Assembly (NCBI GenBank): GCA_918797485.1
Contig: CAKKNE010000002.1
Location: 2,728,001 to 2,792,000 of the forward strand
Source: Pelagomonas calceolata
Taxonomy: Eukaryota
Length of the DNA: 64,000 nucleotides
Direction: 5' to 3'
Positions within the stretch are counted from its first letter, which is position 1. Every line of letters starts with the position of its first letter. The notes under the pieces are model-generated. The model was not told the DNA's origin. It did not search any database and saw nothing but the letters and a program-made list of their open reading frames with translations. Positions 28,909 through 39,994 of this stretch are shown piece after piece. A program made the translations under genes and the position numbers.

Positions 28909-29898
28909 TTACCCGAGCTCGGACGCCGACGAGTACGCCCGCGCCATTCGAGGCGCGGGCGCCGGCGCCGACAAAAGCGCCGACGAGTATGGCGCAGGCG
29001 CGGGCGCCATTTGAATGCGACCGTAGGCCTCGTCCTCGCGTTGTTGGAGCGCCGCCTCCTCGGCGGCCAGCGCGTGGCGCACCTGCCCCTGGAGCAGCTC
29101 GACGCCCGCGTCCGCGACGGCCGCTTTGACGCCGTCCGCGAGGAGCGGCTCGTTTTCTAGGCGGTCCCGTAATGAAACGCAGCGCCGCAATGCGTCGTCG
29201 AGCCGGCCCACCTGCAGGGCCGTGGCCCGCAACGATAAGTAGTGGTAGACCTCCAACGACGTCGACTTGGCCCCCAGCGCGCCGGCGAGGTGCCGCAGCG
29301 AGGCCGTCCTCAAGACGTGGGTCTCGCACGTCTCGCGCACGGCCCGCTCGGCGGCGGCCTTGCGGTCCCTTTCATATTGTGCCGCGACCTCCTCCAGCGC
29401 TTCGGGGGCCACGTCCGCCGCGAGCGCCTCGACGGCGTCGAGCGCGTCGTAGACGAGCTCGCTCTTCGCGTCGGCGAAGGCCTCCTCGACCATATTCGGC
29501 ATCTCCGCTTCGATGGCGTCGTAGATTGCCTCGTAGGCCATTTCACTACGCCTTTGCATGAGGTAGGCGTCCGCACGTTCTCTGATAAATTCCTCGACGA
29601 GGCCGGGCACCTGCTCCGATACTTCCTCGTCAATCAGGTCGTCGACGACGTCAGAGGTCATGTCCCGCGGCATCACCTCCGCCTGCACCTGCCGCACGGA
29701 CGTCATGCGCTCATCCAGGATCGCCGTCAGGGCGTCGTCGCGGAGCCATCCTCTCAAGTCCTCGACCGTCTCGTTGATTATACTGTTTACGACGCCCGGC
29801 AGGTACGGCTCCAATGCTTGGGCGAGCTTGGCTCGCGCGCGTGCGGCCCGGCGCTTGCCCGCGGGGGACAGGGGCTGGGCGTTCGACGGGCGCAGCAT
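28909..29898 (-). CDS. Hypothetical helical/coiled-coil protein
   Basis: 329-aa acidic helical ORF with coding-like codon usage. Confidence 0.6.
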   Translation of the reverse strand: MLRPSNAQPLSPAGKRRAARARAKLAQALEPYLPGVVNSIINETVEDLRGWLRDDALTAILDERMTSVRQVQAEVMPRDMTSDVVDDLIDEEVSEQVPGLVEEFIRERADAYLMQRRSEMAYEAIYDAIEAEMPNMVEEAFADAKSELVYDALDAVEALAADVAPEALEEVAAQYERDRKAAAERAVRETCETHVLRTASLRHLAGALGAKSTSLEVYHYLSLRATALQVGRLDDALRRCVSLRDRLENEPLLADGVKAAVADAGVELLQGQVRHALAAEEAALQQREDEAYGRIQMAPAPAPYSSALLSAPAPAPRMARAYSSASELG

Positions 29899-30186
29899 CG
29901 TGAGGTCTTAGGGCTGCCCAACTAGGCTGCCTCGTCCGGTTGCCTCAGGATCATGATTTTGAGCTATCAATGCGCCAATAACTGGTCACGCAGACCCCGC
30001 GGCGGTCGAGGTGGCTAGGCGGCCTAGCTCTAAGCAAAGCAACTGGTCGTCCAGGGCCCAGGCAGCCCTGTTTTGGCGCAGGCGCAAAACGAACCTGAAC
30101 CCGATTTTTTGTGCAAAGGCTGAATCACCGTCAGAGCTGTTTGAATTGAGCAGCATTCGTATATCTTGCCGGGGAGGGTTTTTACA

Positions 30187-30208
30187 GCTAGCGGCTGTAA
30201 GACACTAG
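30187..30208 (+). promoter_or_regulatory. CTAG bipartite motif copy
   Basis: gctagcggctgtaagacactag between divergent starts 29898(-) and 30416(+). Confidence 0.75.
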
Positions 30209-30415
30209 GCATATCCCAGCCTGGCTTTGTGAGCAGCCTTTGTAGTCGAACGACTGGCTTTTGAGGCTTCGCTGATAACTGACGAATCGCCTGATAGCTG
30301 CGCTGCTGCAGGCGACTCATTTCTTCCGCAGCGCGTCGAGCGCTTCCTCCAGTGCGCGCACCTCGGCAGCTTGGGCTGCCGCTCGCTCGGCGACGCGGAG
30401 CACTGATACAAAAAA

Positions 30416-31999
30416 ATGGACCCAGACAAGCGCGCCAAGCTAGTGGCAATGGAGATCGAAGAGACGCCGCCGCCACAACCACCGGCACCACCGGCGAAAC
30501 CGCTGCCGCCGCGCGCGCTCGCATTCCTCGACGGCCCGACGGACGAGCACCGCGTCGCCGGGTTGCTGCTCCTCGCGGCCGCCGACGCGTCGAGTCTGCA
30601 GGCGCATGCCTCAGAAATCGCCGCCAAGCTAGAAGCGTCGAACTTCCTCGCGCGCCTGCTCAAGACGGCCGGCGACGACGGCGCGGCGCTGACGAGCGCG
30701 CAGCGCGCGGGCCTCGAGGTCGCGCGGGCGCTCGCGGGTACGTCGGCCGACGTCCGGGACGCGCTCGCCAAGAGTGCTGCGCTCGAGGCCTGCGGCGCGT
30801 GTGTGCTGAGCGTCGCCGACGCGCGGACGATGGCGGCGCGCGGCGATAGCATCGAGGGCGGAAGTAATGAAGACGCGGCGGCAGCACTGCGTTGCCTCGA
30901 CAGCTTGGTAGGCGGCGACCCGCGACGACTCGTGACGAGCGGCGTCGACGGCGCGCCTTTACTAGCCTTTTGCCGGGATGCCGACGAGCAGCTCTGGCCC
31001 GCGGCAACGTCATTACTAAGATGCTGCTGCGCCGGCGGCGGTCTTGATGATGAGAGTGTGCGAGCTTTGACTCTCTTGGCGACGACCGTGCGTGCCAAAT
31101 CAGAAACCTACGCGCGCGAGGCGCCTTTGATAGAGTGCCTGGCCCTGGCGGTGGCGGCGCGCGCGGGCGCGGCGCGGACGTCGTCGACGGCCGCGCACGC
31201 GCGGAAGGCGGCGCGCGACGTCGTCGAGGAGGCCGTGCCGCGCCTGCTGCGGCGGGGCGGCGCGCGGGAAGTTTGTAGGGACGCGGCGCTCGGCGCCGCG
31301 GCGGTCTGCGCGTCCGGACGGCGCGGCGCCGCGTGGCTCTGGGGCCGCGACGGCGCCGTCGTGCGCGTCGTCGCGGGCTGCGCGGCCGCCGAGGCGCGCC
31401 TGGCGCTGGACGAGGCGCTGGCCCTCGCGGCGGGCTCGGGCGGCGACGACCGCCAGCGCCGCGCGGACCGGTGCACGCGCGTCGCGCCGCTGTGTTTGGG
31501 CGTGCTCGAGCGCGTGCTGCGCTTGTTGCTGGGCGACGACGAGTCGGGCGACGAGTCGGACGACTCGGAGGCGCCGGACGCGCCGGCGCCGGCGCCCGAC
31601 GCCGTCCTGGGCTGCCGCGACGCCGTCCGCGACGCGGCCGACGCGGCGCTCGGCTTCTGCGGCGAGGCGCGTTTACAGCGCGACGCGGCGGCTCGTGGAC
31701 TCCCGGAAGCCCCAGCGCCCGCGGCGCTCGAGCTGCTGCTCGCACTCTGCCGGCCCTGCCTGTCGCTCCTCGGACTCCTCGCCGCCGAGCTCGACGAGGA
31801 CGAGACAGGCGATGACGATGGCGACGGCGACGGCCTCGCGCTCCACGCGCGCCTCGCGGAGCTGCGACCTTTTGTTGATGATTTGGTTGCGGCCGACCGC
31901 GGCGGCGCGCCGCCGCCGCCGCCTGCAGCTGGTGATGACGATTCCGCGCCATCCTCGTCGGAGGAAGACTCAGACGACGAGATAGACTATGGGACTTAA
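30416..31999 (+). CDS. Neurochondrin-like ARM/HEAT protein
   Basis: LAFLDGPTDEHRVAGLLL and FLARLLKT match the neurochondrin N-terminus as I recall it. Confidence 0.7.
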   Translation: MDPDKRAKLVAMEIEETPPPQPPAPPAKPLPPRALAFLDGPTDEHRVAGLLLLAAADASSLQAHASEIAAKLEASNFLARLLKTAGDDGAALTSAQRAGLEVARALAGTSADVRDALAKSAALEACGACVLSVADARTMAARGDSIEGGSNEDAAAALRCLDSLVGGDPRRLVTSGVDGAPLLAFCRDADEQLWPAATSLLRCCCAGGGLDDESVRALTLLATTVRAKSETYAREAPLIECLALAVAARAGAARTSSTAAHARKAARDVVEEAVPRLLRRGGAREVCRDAALGAAAVCASGRRGAAWLWGRDGAVVRVVAGCAAAEARLALDEALALAAGSGGDDRQRRADRCTRVAPLCLGVLERVLRLLLGDDESGDESDDSEAPDAPAPAPDAVLGCRDAVRDAADAALGFCGEARLQRDAAARGLPEAPAPAALELLLALCRPCLSLLGLLAAELDEDETGDDDGDGDGLALHARLAELRPFVDDLVAADRGGAPPPPPAAGDDDSAPSSSEEDSDDEIDYGT

Positions 32000-32008
32000 G
32001 TTTGTGTT

Positions 32009-33256
32009 TCAGAAGTTACGCCGAATGGCCGCCATGACCGCACGGCTCTCGGACGAATTCAGGATGCGGCCCTTGTCTATCGTGGCCCGGGCGAGAGGCA
32101 CCGCCAGGCCCTCATACATCTGCTTCCGCGCACCGCGGAGACCCACGACGCGGTCAATGTCAACGCCGACGCGATGGGCCTGGCACCAGTAGGCGAACTG
32201 CGCCGTGAGTTGGTTTACGTTGCCCTCGAGGATCGAGCCCGGATCCTCGTCCTCGCTCGTCGCCGCGAGGTGGTCGAGCAGTTTCTTGAGCAATTTCGCG
32301 CTTCGCTGCGCCCGCGCTTTTATGAACGCTTTATCGGCGTCGCTTCCATCGCGCGAAGCGAAGAGCGCTTCGGCGACTTCTCGCCGCGCCAAGATGCAAA
32401 CGAGGCCACAGAGCGAGTCTCTACTCGTGCGGTGGCACACCGTATGCGTAATCCTCTGCGACGCCACGCGCCGATCCGTGCAGACGCGCACCAGCGTCGC
32501 CGTCGCGGCGAGCCACAGTTCCCAGGCGTCGTCGGACGAGTCCACAAATTCCGCGAACCGCTGGCCGTCCGCCTTGCTGAAGCTGCCCGTGCCGGCACGA
32601 CTCCTCCGCTCCCCTCGGAAGGGAGTGCACGCAAGATGCTGCAGGAACGAGCATTCGCAGTTCGAGGTATATAACTGGAGGAGCGCCTGGAAATCGGTCT
32701 GCGCCCGAAGCACGGCCCGGAACGCTGCGTACAGGCCGAACTCGACGGCCGGCGCGTAGACGTCGTCGCCGTCAAGCCGTTCCAGGTCTCGAACGCGCAA
32801 GGGCGGGATGAGCGACGCGTCGTTGAGCTGCGCCACGATAGCTGCGGCCTCCGCGCGCGAAACGTCCTGGAGCGTCTTGCATTCGTCGCGGTGCCCGTCC
32901 TCGCGCCAAGCGTACTTCTGGCAGTCCTTGCCGCAATAGTGCTGCGAGCCGCAGCCGATGCACGTGTAGCGCGCGTTCTCGGCGCCGCACACGTCGCACG
33001 ACGGCCGGCGTTTCTTGACGCGCTCCGGGCGCCTCTTGAGGGGCGTCAGACCGGCCGCGGCATGACGTTCGGCCAGGGGGTAGTCGTTGTGATTCGGGTC
33101 CGAGACGATCTCTTCGTAAGCCCTTGCGACGAAATCTGCTTCAGGCATGGCTCCGCCATTCACCCACCAGTCCTGGTCGTCGCCGCCCGCCGCCGTGTCT
33201 GGCGTGTCCGGAGCACGGGGCGGCTTCGCAGGCTTTCTGCGGGATTTTTTGCCCAT
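32009..33256 (-). CDS. MYND zinc-finger protein
   Basis: CDVC..CIGC..YCGKDCQKYAW..GHRDEC. Confidence 0.8.
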   Translation of the reverse strand: MGKKSRRKPAKPPRAPDTPDTAAGGDDQDWWVNGGAMPEADFVARAYEEIVSDPNHNDYPLAERHAAAGLTPLKRRPERVKKRRPSCDVCGAENARYTCIGCGSQHYCGKDCQKYAWREDGHRDECKTLQDVSRAEAAAIVAQLNDASLIPPLRVRDLERLDGDDVYAPAVEFGLYAAFRAVLRAQTDFQALLQLYTSNCECSFLQHLACTPFRGERRSRAGTGSFSKADGQRFAEFVDSSDDAWELWLAATATLVRVCTDRRVASQRITHTVCHRTSRDSLCGLVCILARREVAEALFASRDGSDADKAFIKARAQRSAKLLKKLLDHLAATSEDEDPGSILEGNVNQLTAQFAYWCQAHRVGVDIDRVVGLRGARKQMYEGLAVPLARATIDKGRILNSSESRAVMAAIRRNF

Positions 33257-33329
33257 CCTTGTCGTGCTTTGATGCGCAGTGACAGATTTGGGCTGCCCCC
33301 CGCGCTCTTGCTGTAGCTTGGAATCTAGC

Positions 33330-33352
33330 CTAGTGTCTTACGTGCCGCTAGC
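33330..33352 (-). promoter_or_regulatory. CTAG bipartite motif copy
   Basis: Reverse complement gctagcggcacgtaagacactag between divergent starts 33256(-) and 33549(+). Confidence 0.75.
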
Positions 33353-33548
33353 AATCTGCCGCGCCGAGCCACAAACAGCACAAACAACAGCTGTCCTGCG
33401 GCTCAGACAACAGGAGGAGCATTATTCTACGCTCCCTTGTCCTTGTAATTGTTGCGTCCATCGATTGAGGCCCAGCGCTGCACCACCTCCCACCTTCGAC
33501 GAGCAGTTTTGCAGTTTTGCCCAGTACTTGTCGCGCGCGCCTTGAAAA

Positions 33549-35315
33549 ATGGACGCCGCGCCGATGGAGGACTCGACGCAGCTCGCGACGACGACGGCGC
33601 AGGACCTCGCCTTAATACCAGAGATGGACGACGCGATGACGCGAATCGCCGCATCGACCATAAAGTTCACCGACAAGGTCGCGTCCTACACCTTGAAATT
33701 CATGGTTTTTTATGCGGTGCTCTGCGTCTATGTGCTGAATCAGTTAAACACGCTGCCGCGCTGTTCGTCTGGACGACGGTGCGCGACACCGATGCTCGAT
33801 CTGACGCAAGACGTCGACGTGTTGATCCACGCGTCGCTGTCCGGCGACGTCGATACGAATGTCGCGCCGACGTACGTCGCGCGCAATGCCTCGGGCAAAT
33901 CCTACGACGCCACGATCCCTCTGAGCGCGGACGTGCGCAAGGGCGGCGCGCCGCTGACGGCCCACGTCTTCCTCCTTCCATCCAGACAAGGCGACTGGGA
34001 CTGGTCCAACGACACCGCGGCGTTGGCACGAGCTTTTTTTGTCGGCTCCGCGCCCTTGACGGTTTTGCGACGCGTCACGAGCCAGCGCATGAAGCCGCGG
34101 AAGCTGCTCCAGGCGGACGCGTATGTCGATCGGGACGATGTTGGGAGCACGGCGTCGCACTGGCGGTTCGGGCGCTGGCCTCTCGTCGTCCGGATGTTGG
34201 ATGGGGGCGACTTGGATTACGAGCGGGCCATCCTGGAGCAGCAGCACCACCTGGGCGTGGGCATCCGGGCGCGCCACGGGCGCTACTTCCCGGTTGTCCA
34301 CGTCGACGAAAGTCTGGCGTTGGCCACGCACGCGCTGCCGATCTCGCGGAACACGTCGTTTCCGGACCCTATCCTAAAGCTCCAGGTCAAGACGGCGTCT
34401 CCATTACATTTTGGGCTGCGGAAGACGCTGGCTTCGCAGTTATTGCAGTTCGCTGCCGTCGCCATGCCCGAGGCGCAGGTCGACGAGTTGCGGTGGCAGA
34501 TCTCGGACCGGCGGGTGTTTCGCTTCGCCGCGCAGCAGCTCGTGTCCTTAGTACACGTGGCCTTCGACTACCTGGCCTTTTCCGAGGACGTCGGCTTCTA
34601 TGTCGGGCGGGAGACCTTTCATGGTATATCAAAAGCCTCTCTGGTGTGGAACCTGGTGCGCGATTTGATTCTGTACCTGTACCTCCAGGAGCAGGAGGCG
34701 GGGTTAGTTGTATTATTTGGGCTGATGCTGGCTTTACTATCGGACTTCTTCAAGATCCAGCGCGTTTTAAAACCTGCGTTAGTTATACGGCCGCGGTTTC
34801 CCCTCTTCTTTATCGTGACGGCGCCATTAAGGACGCCGCCGGCGAAGGCGACGGCCAAGTACGACAAGGAGGCGACGTCCCATTTATACCTTGCGACGTT
34901 CCCCATGCTCTTCGGCGTCGCGTTGTACTCGTTAGTGCACGACGTCCACCGCACGTACTATGGATGGATCGTGTCGTCGTTGGCCGATTTGGTCTATTAC
35001 TTCGGCTTCATCATGATGACGCCCCAGCTCTACATAAACTACAAGCTGCAGTCTGTCGCGCACCTCCCGATCCGGGTCTTCGCGTACAAGATCTTCAACA
35101 CGTTCGTCGACGACGTCTTCGCCTGGGTCGTGAAGATGCCGCTGAAGCACCGCCTCATGACGCTGCGCGACGACGTCGTCTTCGTCGTGTTCCTGTACCA
35201 GTGGTGGACGTATAGGATCGATTCGACGCGGCCGAACGAGTACGGTTTTGCGGCGGACTACGGCGGTGTTCAGGCGGCTGCCGAGGACTCGTCGGATTCG
35301 GAGGAGGAGGATTAA
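33549..35315 (+). CDS. CLPTM1: CLPTM1 family membrane protein
   Basis: FDYLAF.EDVGFY, GFIMMTPQLYINYKLQSVAHLP, YKIFNTFVDDVFAW, RDDVVF..LYQWW.YRID.TRPNEYG. Confidence 0.9.
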   Translation: MDAAPMEDSTQLATTTAQDLALIPEMDDAMTRIAASTIKFTDKVASYTLKFMVFYAVLCVYVLNQLNTLPRCSSGRRCATPMLDLTQDVDVLIHASLSGDVDTNVAPTYVARNASGKSYDATIPLSADVRKGGAPLTAHVFLLPSRQGDWDWSNDTAALARAFFVGSAPLTVLRRVTSQRMKPRKLLQADAYVDRDDVGSTASHWRFGRWPLVVRMLDGGDLDYERAILEQQHHLGVGIRARHGRYFPVVHVDESLALATHALPISRNTSFPDPILKLQVKTASPLHFGLRKTLASQLLQFAAVAMPEAQVDELRWQISDRRVFRFAAQQLVSLVHVAFDYLAFSEDVGFYVGRETFHGISKASLVWNLVRDLILYLYLQEQEAGLVVLFGLMLALLSDFFKIQRVLKPALVIRPRFPLFFIVTAPLRTPPAKATAKYDKEATSHLYLATFPMLFGVALYSLVHDVHRTYYGWIVSSLADLVYYFGFIMMTPQLYINYKLQSVAHLPIRVFAYKIFNTFVDDVFAWVVKMPLKHRLMTLRDDVVFVVFLYQWWTYRIDSTRPNEYGFAADYGGVQAAAEDSSDSEEED

Positions 35316-35795
35316 TTTTGTTCTTGTGTTCCTCAATTCGTTTGTTGCCGTCGCGGCCGCGTCGTCGCGTCGGCCGCCCTTTTGGCCTGTTCCTTTCCTT
35401 AGGCGTAAGGCAATGAGCCTTCTAAACAATGCGAAGGCTGCCGATCGAGGCCTGCGGGGGTAAACAAGACTACTGTCATGCTGCTCATTTGACGGCACTC
35501 GGCCCGGCGCCCCGGCGGCACGCTATTGACGGCTGTAATGCTGTGAGCAGGACGACTCCATCAGGAATTGATCGATTCCGCGGCTGCGGACACGCGCATC
35601 GGCTCTGTGGCAGCATTTCTCACATCTGTCTCTCGGAGAGCAAACCTTCCAGCAGCGCGGCGCCGAAGTCATTCTTCGCTGCCGTCCGCAAGATCGACGC
35701 ATAACACCGACGTGCCGTCGCTGCCGCTTCGCCTCGCGCCCAACCGCTCCATAAGCGCCGCGCGCCCGCCGCACGGCTAAGCACAGCAACGAATC

Positions 35796-37527
35796 ATGGG
35801 CTTCAACCTCTGCTGCTTCTGCGTCACCGGCCCGGTCAATACATTAGATCCGGCGGCGCAGATCGTCGCCTACGAGAGCACGAAGAAGCTCCAGGAGGAC
35901 TTCGCCGAGGGCCGCAAGCTCGGGGAGGGCATGTTCGGGAAAGTCATCTTGATGACGCGCAAGAGCGACAATAAGACCTTCGCGACGAAGGTCATGAAGA
36001 AGCACATGTCCATCTCCGACAACAACGAGGTGTTCCCGGCGCCCGCGCCGTCGTCGCTCCTGCGAGAGGTTAAGATTCTGCGGAAGCTCGGCGGGAAGAA
36101 GCAGTGTCTAAGGCTGGAAGTAGCTATAGAAACGCCTCGAGATTTCTACGTGCTGACGGACGTGTGCGCCGGCGGGGAGCTGATGAAGCACCTCGAGCGG
36201 TGCGACCAGTTCGTCGAGCAGGACGCGTCTCGGTTCTTCGCCCACTTTTGTGGTGCTGTCGCCCACTGCCACGCGAACCAGATCAGCCACCGCGACATCA
36301 AGCCCGAGAACTTGCTCGTGACCTTTGAAAGGGGAGGTAGGGCGCGCGTCGTCCTGGCCGACTTCGGGAGCGCGGTCGAGTACAAGAATGACACGCGGTG
36401 GCGGAGCGAGGTCGGGAGCCCCTTCTGGCAGTCGCCCGAGGCCTGGGCGCTCGTGCGTTCCCGCGTCCCGTGTTACGCCATCGACGCCATCGCCGCGACC
36501 GCTTTTTCACGCGCAGGACTGGGATTACCGGGGCGACGTCTACTCCTGCGGGGTCGTGTTGTTGGTGCTCACGCACGGCATGCTCTCGGCGGGCGAGATC
36601 CGAAGCCTGCACGGCGCCGGGCTGAACGGGCTCCTGCGCTTCCGGAAGACGTACGGTAAAAAAGAAGACAAGCATTCGGACACGTTGATGGAGCTGTTGG
36701 AAGGACTGTTACGACCGGAACCTGCCCGCCTCACGGCTCAGGAGGCCTTGGCGTCGCCGTGGCTGACGCAACCCAGCGATAGCTCCGCGACGAAGAAGCT
36801 GCCGAACCCCGCCGCCGCCGCGTTGGCGCTACGAGCGTTGGAACGCTCGGCGAAGACGTGCGTGGCTCTGCTGGAGGACGCGCCGCGAACCAAATTGAGG
36901 GAGGCGCTGACGCGCGCGCCGACTCCGGGGCTGCCCGCGAACTGCGCCCTGTTGGGCGATATCGTGCGTGCATTGGACGCGAAGGACGATAGTGCAGCCG
37001 CCGCGACATTGCGAGCTTTGCATCCGGATCCCGACCTTGTACTAGTGCACCGGCCGCTCGCCTTGGAGGCGTCCTACGTGCGACAACGAGCCGAGCAGAA
37101 GCAGAAGAGTGCCGCCCTCGTGAAGAGGCGGTCGCTCCCGCTCAGCGCGCCGAAACGCCTCGAAAGGAAGAACCTGTCGAACCCGGACCTGCGCGCCTTC
37201 TTTCCGTCGACGTTTGAAACCGTGGGGCGGCGCGACGCCCCGGGCGCGACCGACGACGCGGCGAACATGGACGGTACTTTTTATAGCTCGGAGGCGCTGA
37301 TGATGGACGCGTCGGCCGCGAGCAAAGTTTCCCACGAGTCGTCCGGCGTCGACGACTCGCTCCACGGCCTCCAGACGCCCGTGGCCCGCGCCGGGTCGCC
37401 GGGCCAAATCACGCCGGTCGGCTCCGAGGCGAGCCTGGGGGACATCTCACCCACAGAGTGTGACGCGCCCCCCGGGGGCCGCGGTGGCGTGCGCAGCCTG
37501 GGGGACATGCCGGGGAAGGAGGCCTGA
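35796..37527 (+). CDS. CAMK/CDPK-like Ser/Thr kinase, 2 exons (35796-36452, 36517-37527)
   Basis: GEGMFG, HRDIKPEN, DFG, SPE|DWD..DVYS; 64-bp GT..AG intron restores the frame; N-terminal MGFNLCCFC may be lipidated. Confidence 0.85.
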
Positions 37528-37879
37528 TGACGACGTGTCGTTGTTGATTTAACTTTATTGTACATAGTACCTGGACCTTCGCGGGGATGTACCCCAGATA
37601 ACCCCGTCCGGCCGCACGTCGAAGCGTACGTCGGTCCGGAGATGTGTATGTGTCAATTGCATATCCAATGGCTGCGTCTAAGGTTAGCCTTCGTGCGGGG
37701 ATGCACTTTGGCAAAATTAGCATCAGCTTATTCCACGCCGCGGAGCAGCCGGACGCACCGCGCACAACTTAAGAGCCTCCTGACGTCGGCGCCGAGCCAT
37801 TGGCCCGGTCTCCTAACGCGCGCCGGTCGCTAAGTCTTGCGAAACCCCCTCCACCAGCCACCAGCGAATTGGGCCCAAA

Positions 37880-38746
37880 ATGCTCACGACGCGAAGCGCC
37901 CTCGCCGCCCCCGGCGCCGGCTGGGCCCGCCCCGCCCGCAGCATCTCCTCAGCGGTAGTGCGGAGCGCCGCGCCGGCGCTCACCGCGCGGGCATCGCCGT
38001 CATGCACTCACCTTGGTTGCGCCGACCGGGCCTGCGCCCAGCGGCCGCTGACGACCGCGCGCCCATCAAACAGCTGCGGCCACTCCACGTGTGGCTCGTC
38101 TTGCGCCCTGACCGCGCGGCCGCTGACGACTGCGGCCTCAAAAAACGCCTGCGGCCACGCTGGGTGCGGCCCGGCCTGCACGCAACGGCGACCCTTCTCC
38201 TCCCTCCAGAAGAAGGACGAGCCCGGCACGTCTATCGCGGAGAGCGGCACGTCCTGGAAGGAGATCTCCGACCGCATGAGCCAGGTCTTGTTCCTCACTG
38301 ATATTTGGCGCGGGATTTGGTTGACGGGCGAGGTCGTCTCCAAGCCGAAGGTCACGATCAACTACCCCTTCGAGAAGGGCCCGATCTCACCTAGATTCAG
38401 AGGCGAGCACGCTTTGAGACGTTACCCGTCGGGCGAGGAGCGCTGCATCGCCTGCAAGCTCTGCGAGGCGGTCTGCCCGGCCCAGGCCATTACGATCGAG
38501 GCCGAGGCGCGCGAAGACGGGTCAAGAAAAACGACGCGCTACGACATCGACATGACCAAGTGTATTTACTGCGGCTACTGCCAGGAGGCGTGCCCGGTGG
38601 ACGCCATCGTCGAGGGCCCGAACTACGAGTTCGCCGCCGAGACGCACGAGGAGCTCATCTACGACAAGGAGAAGCTCCTGGCGAACGGCGACAAGTGGGA
38701 GGTCGCCATCGCCAAGAACCTCGCGAGCGAGCACCACTACCGCTGA
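37880..38746 (+). CDS. NDUFS8: Complex I 2x[4Fe-4S] subunit (TYKY/NuoI)
   Basis: [41 protein letters not shown]...[12 protein letters not shown]. Confidence 0.97.
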   Translation: MLTTRSALAAPGAGWARPARSISSAVVRSAAPALTARASPSCTHLGCADRACAQRPLTTARPSNSCGHSTCGSSCALTARPLTTAASKNACGHAGCGPACTQRRPFSSLQKKDEPGTSIAESGTSWKEISDRMSQVLFLTDIWRGIWLTGEVVSKPKVTINYPFEKGPISPRFRGEHALRRYPSGEERCIACKLCEAVCPAQAITIEAEAREDGSRKTTRYDIDMTKCIYCGYCQEACPVDAIVEGPNYEFAAETHEELIYDKEKLLANGDKWEVAIAKNLASEHHYR

Positions 38747-38775
38747 CCTCCTTAATTCCTTGTACTTACTTCACA

Positions 38776-39558
38776 CTAGCGAGCGACCGCGGCCTCGAGC
38801 GACGCTTCCCGGACCGCGTCCAGGCGGGCGACGTGGTCCCGCGCGGCGGTGGCGAGCTGCTCGCCGACCTTCGCCGCGGCGTCCAGCGCCCGCGCTATCA
38901 AAGAATCGTAGGCGTCCGGCTGCAGCGGGCGCTCGCCCGTGAGGTCCGTCCACAGCACCTCGCCGAAGCACGGTAGACAAGCCAAATCGAGGGCGACGCC
39001 GTGCCTAGCTTCCGCACGGTTCGGGTCGACGAGCGTCGTCGCGGCCACGGGCGCGCCGACGCGCGCCGCCGCGACGACGCCCCGCAGAAAAATGCCCGCG
39101 TCCACCAGGGCCAGGCCGGCGGCGTTGATCGCCGCCGACGTGGCGCCGCCGTCGTCGCACGTCACCAGCACGTGGATTTTGATGAGTGCCCGCGGGTAGC
39201 GCTCCGCCATGAGCGCCGGCGCCAGCGCGTTTCGCACGGCGTTCTCCAGGTCCCGCCCGTCCTGCCGCCGCGCCCCCGTGCGCGCCCCGACGCTCGCGAA
39301 GGGCGCGTAGGTCGCCGCGACCTCGAGCACGCATCTATCATGTTTCTCGTCGCTCCGCCGCTCGTGCTCGCGCGGGCCCTGGGCGTGCGCCGACACGCGC
39401 GTGAGGCCCTGGGCGACGTCGCAGGACCCGTCGACGTGGCGCGACCGCGCCGTGCCCAGCTGCACGGCGAGCCGGCGCGGCTCGTCCAGCCCGCGGCCGT
39501 CGCCGCGCGCGCCGAAGAGCTCGAACCAGTCCTCGTCGAAGGCGCCGTCCTGCGCCAT
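38776..39558 (-). CDS. RRP41: Exosome RNase PH-like subunit (Rrp41-like)
   Basis: RGDGRG.DE.R, DGS...QG.TRV....GP.E, YPRALIKIHV...DDGG..SAAINAA.LALVDAGI. Confidence 0.75.
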   Translation of the reverse strand: MAQDGAFDEDWFELFGARGDGRGLDEPRRLAVQLGTARSRHVDGSCDVAQGLTRVSAHAQGPREHERRSDEKHDRCVLEVAATYAPFASVGARTGARRQDGRDLENAVRNALAPALMAERYPRALIKIHVLVTCDDGGATSAAINAAGLALVDAGIFLRGVVAAARVGAPVAATTLVDPNRAEARHGVALDLACLPCFGEVLWTDLTGERPLQPDAYDSLIARALDAAAKVGEQLATAARDHVARLDAVREASLEAAVAR

Positions 39559-39994
39559 TTATTTTTTTTGCGCTAGCTGCTGCGGCGCATGTGCCGAGCT
39601 GGTGTGAGTGTGAGCTGCCGCGGCGACGGCGGGCACTCCTGTCTGGTGTGAGCACTGCTGCGCAGGCTTGCCAGCGCGCACCGCTCACCTTTGCCAGCGG
39701 ACAGCTCAGTGAGGCTACCGGTTATACATGCACGCAGTGTCACCAGCGCTGAACGTCGGCGAAGCGCGGCACGCTGTAAAGGGCTCGCTGCTGCCAGGCT
39801 GCTGCTAAAACAGGGAGCACAGGCAGTGCACAACTCGCGTTGCCAATAAGCGGTCGCAAAAACACGACAGCTGTTGCCGGTCGAACGCACGACTGCGCCG
39901 GGCGCCGAAACTGCGGCGTAGGCACAGCTGGGCACACCACTCGCACAGCCTGGCCTGCATGCGCCAGACCGTCGCCGCACTGCTCGCGTGCAAG

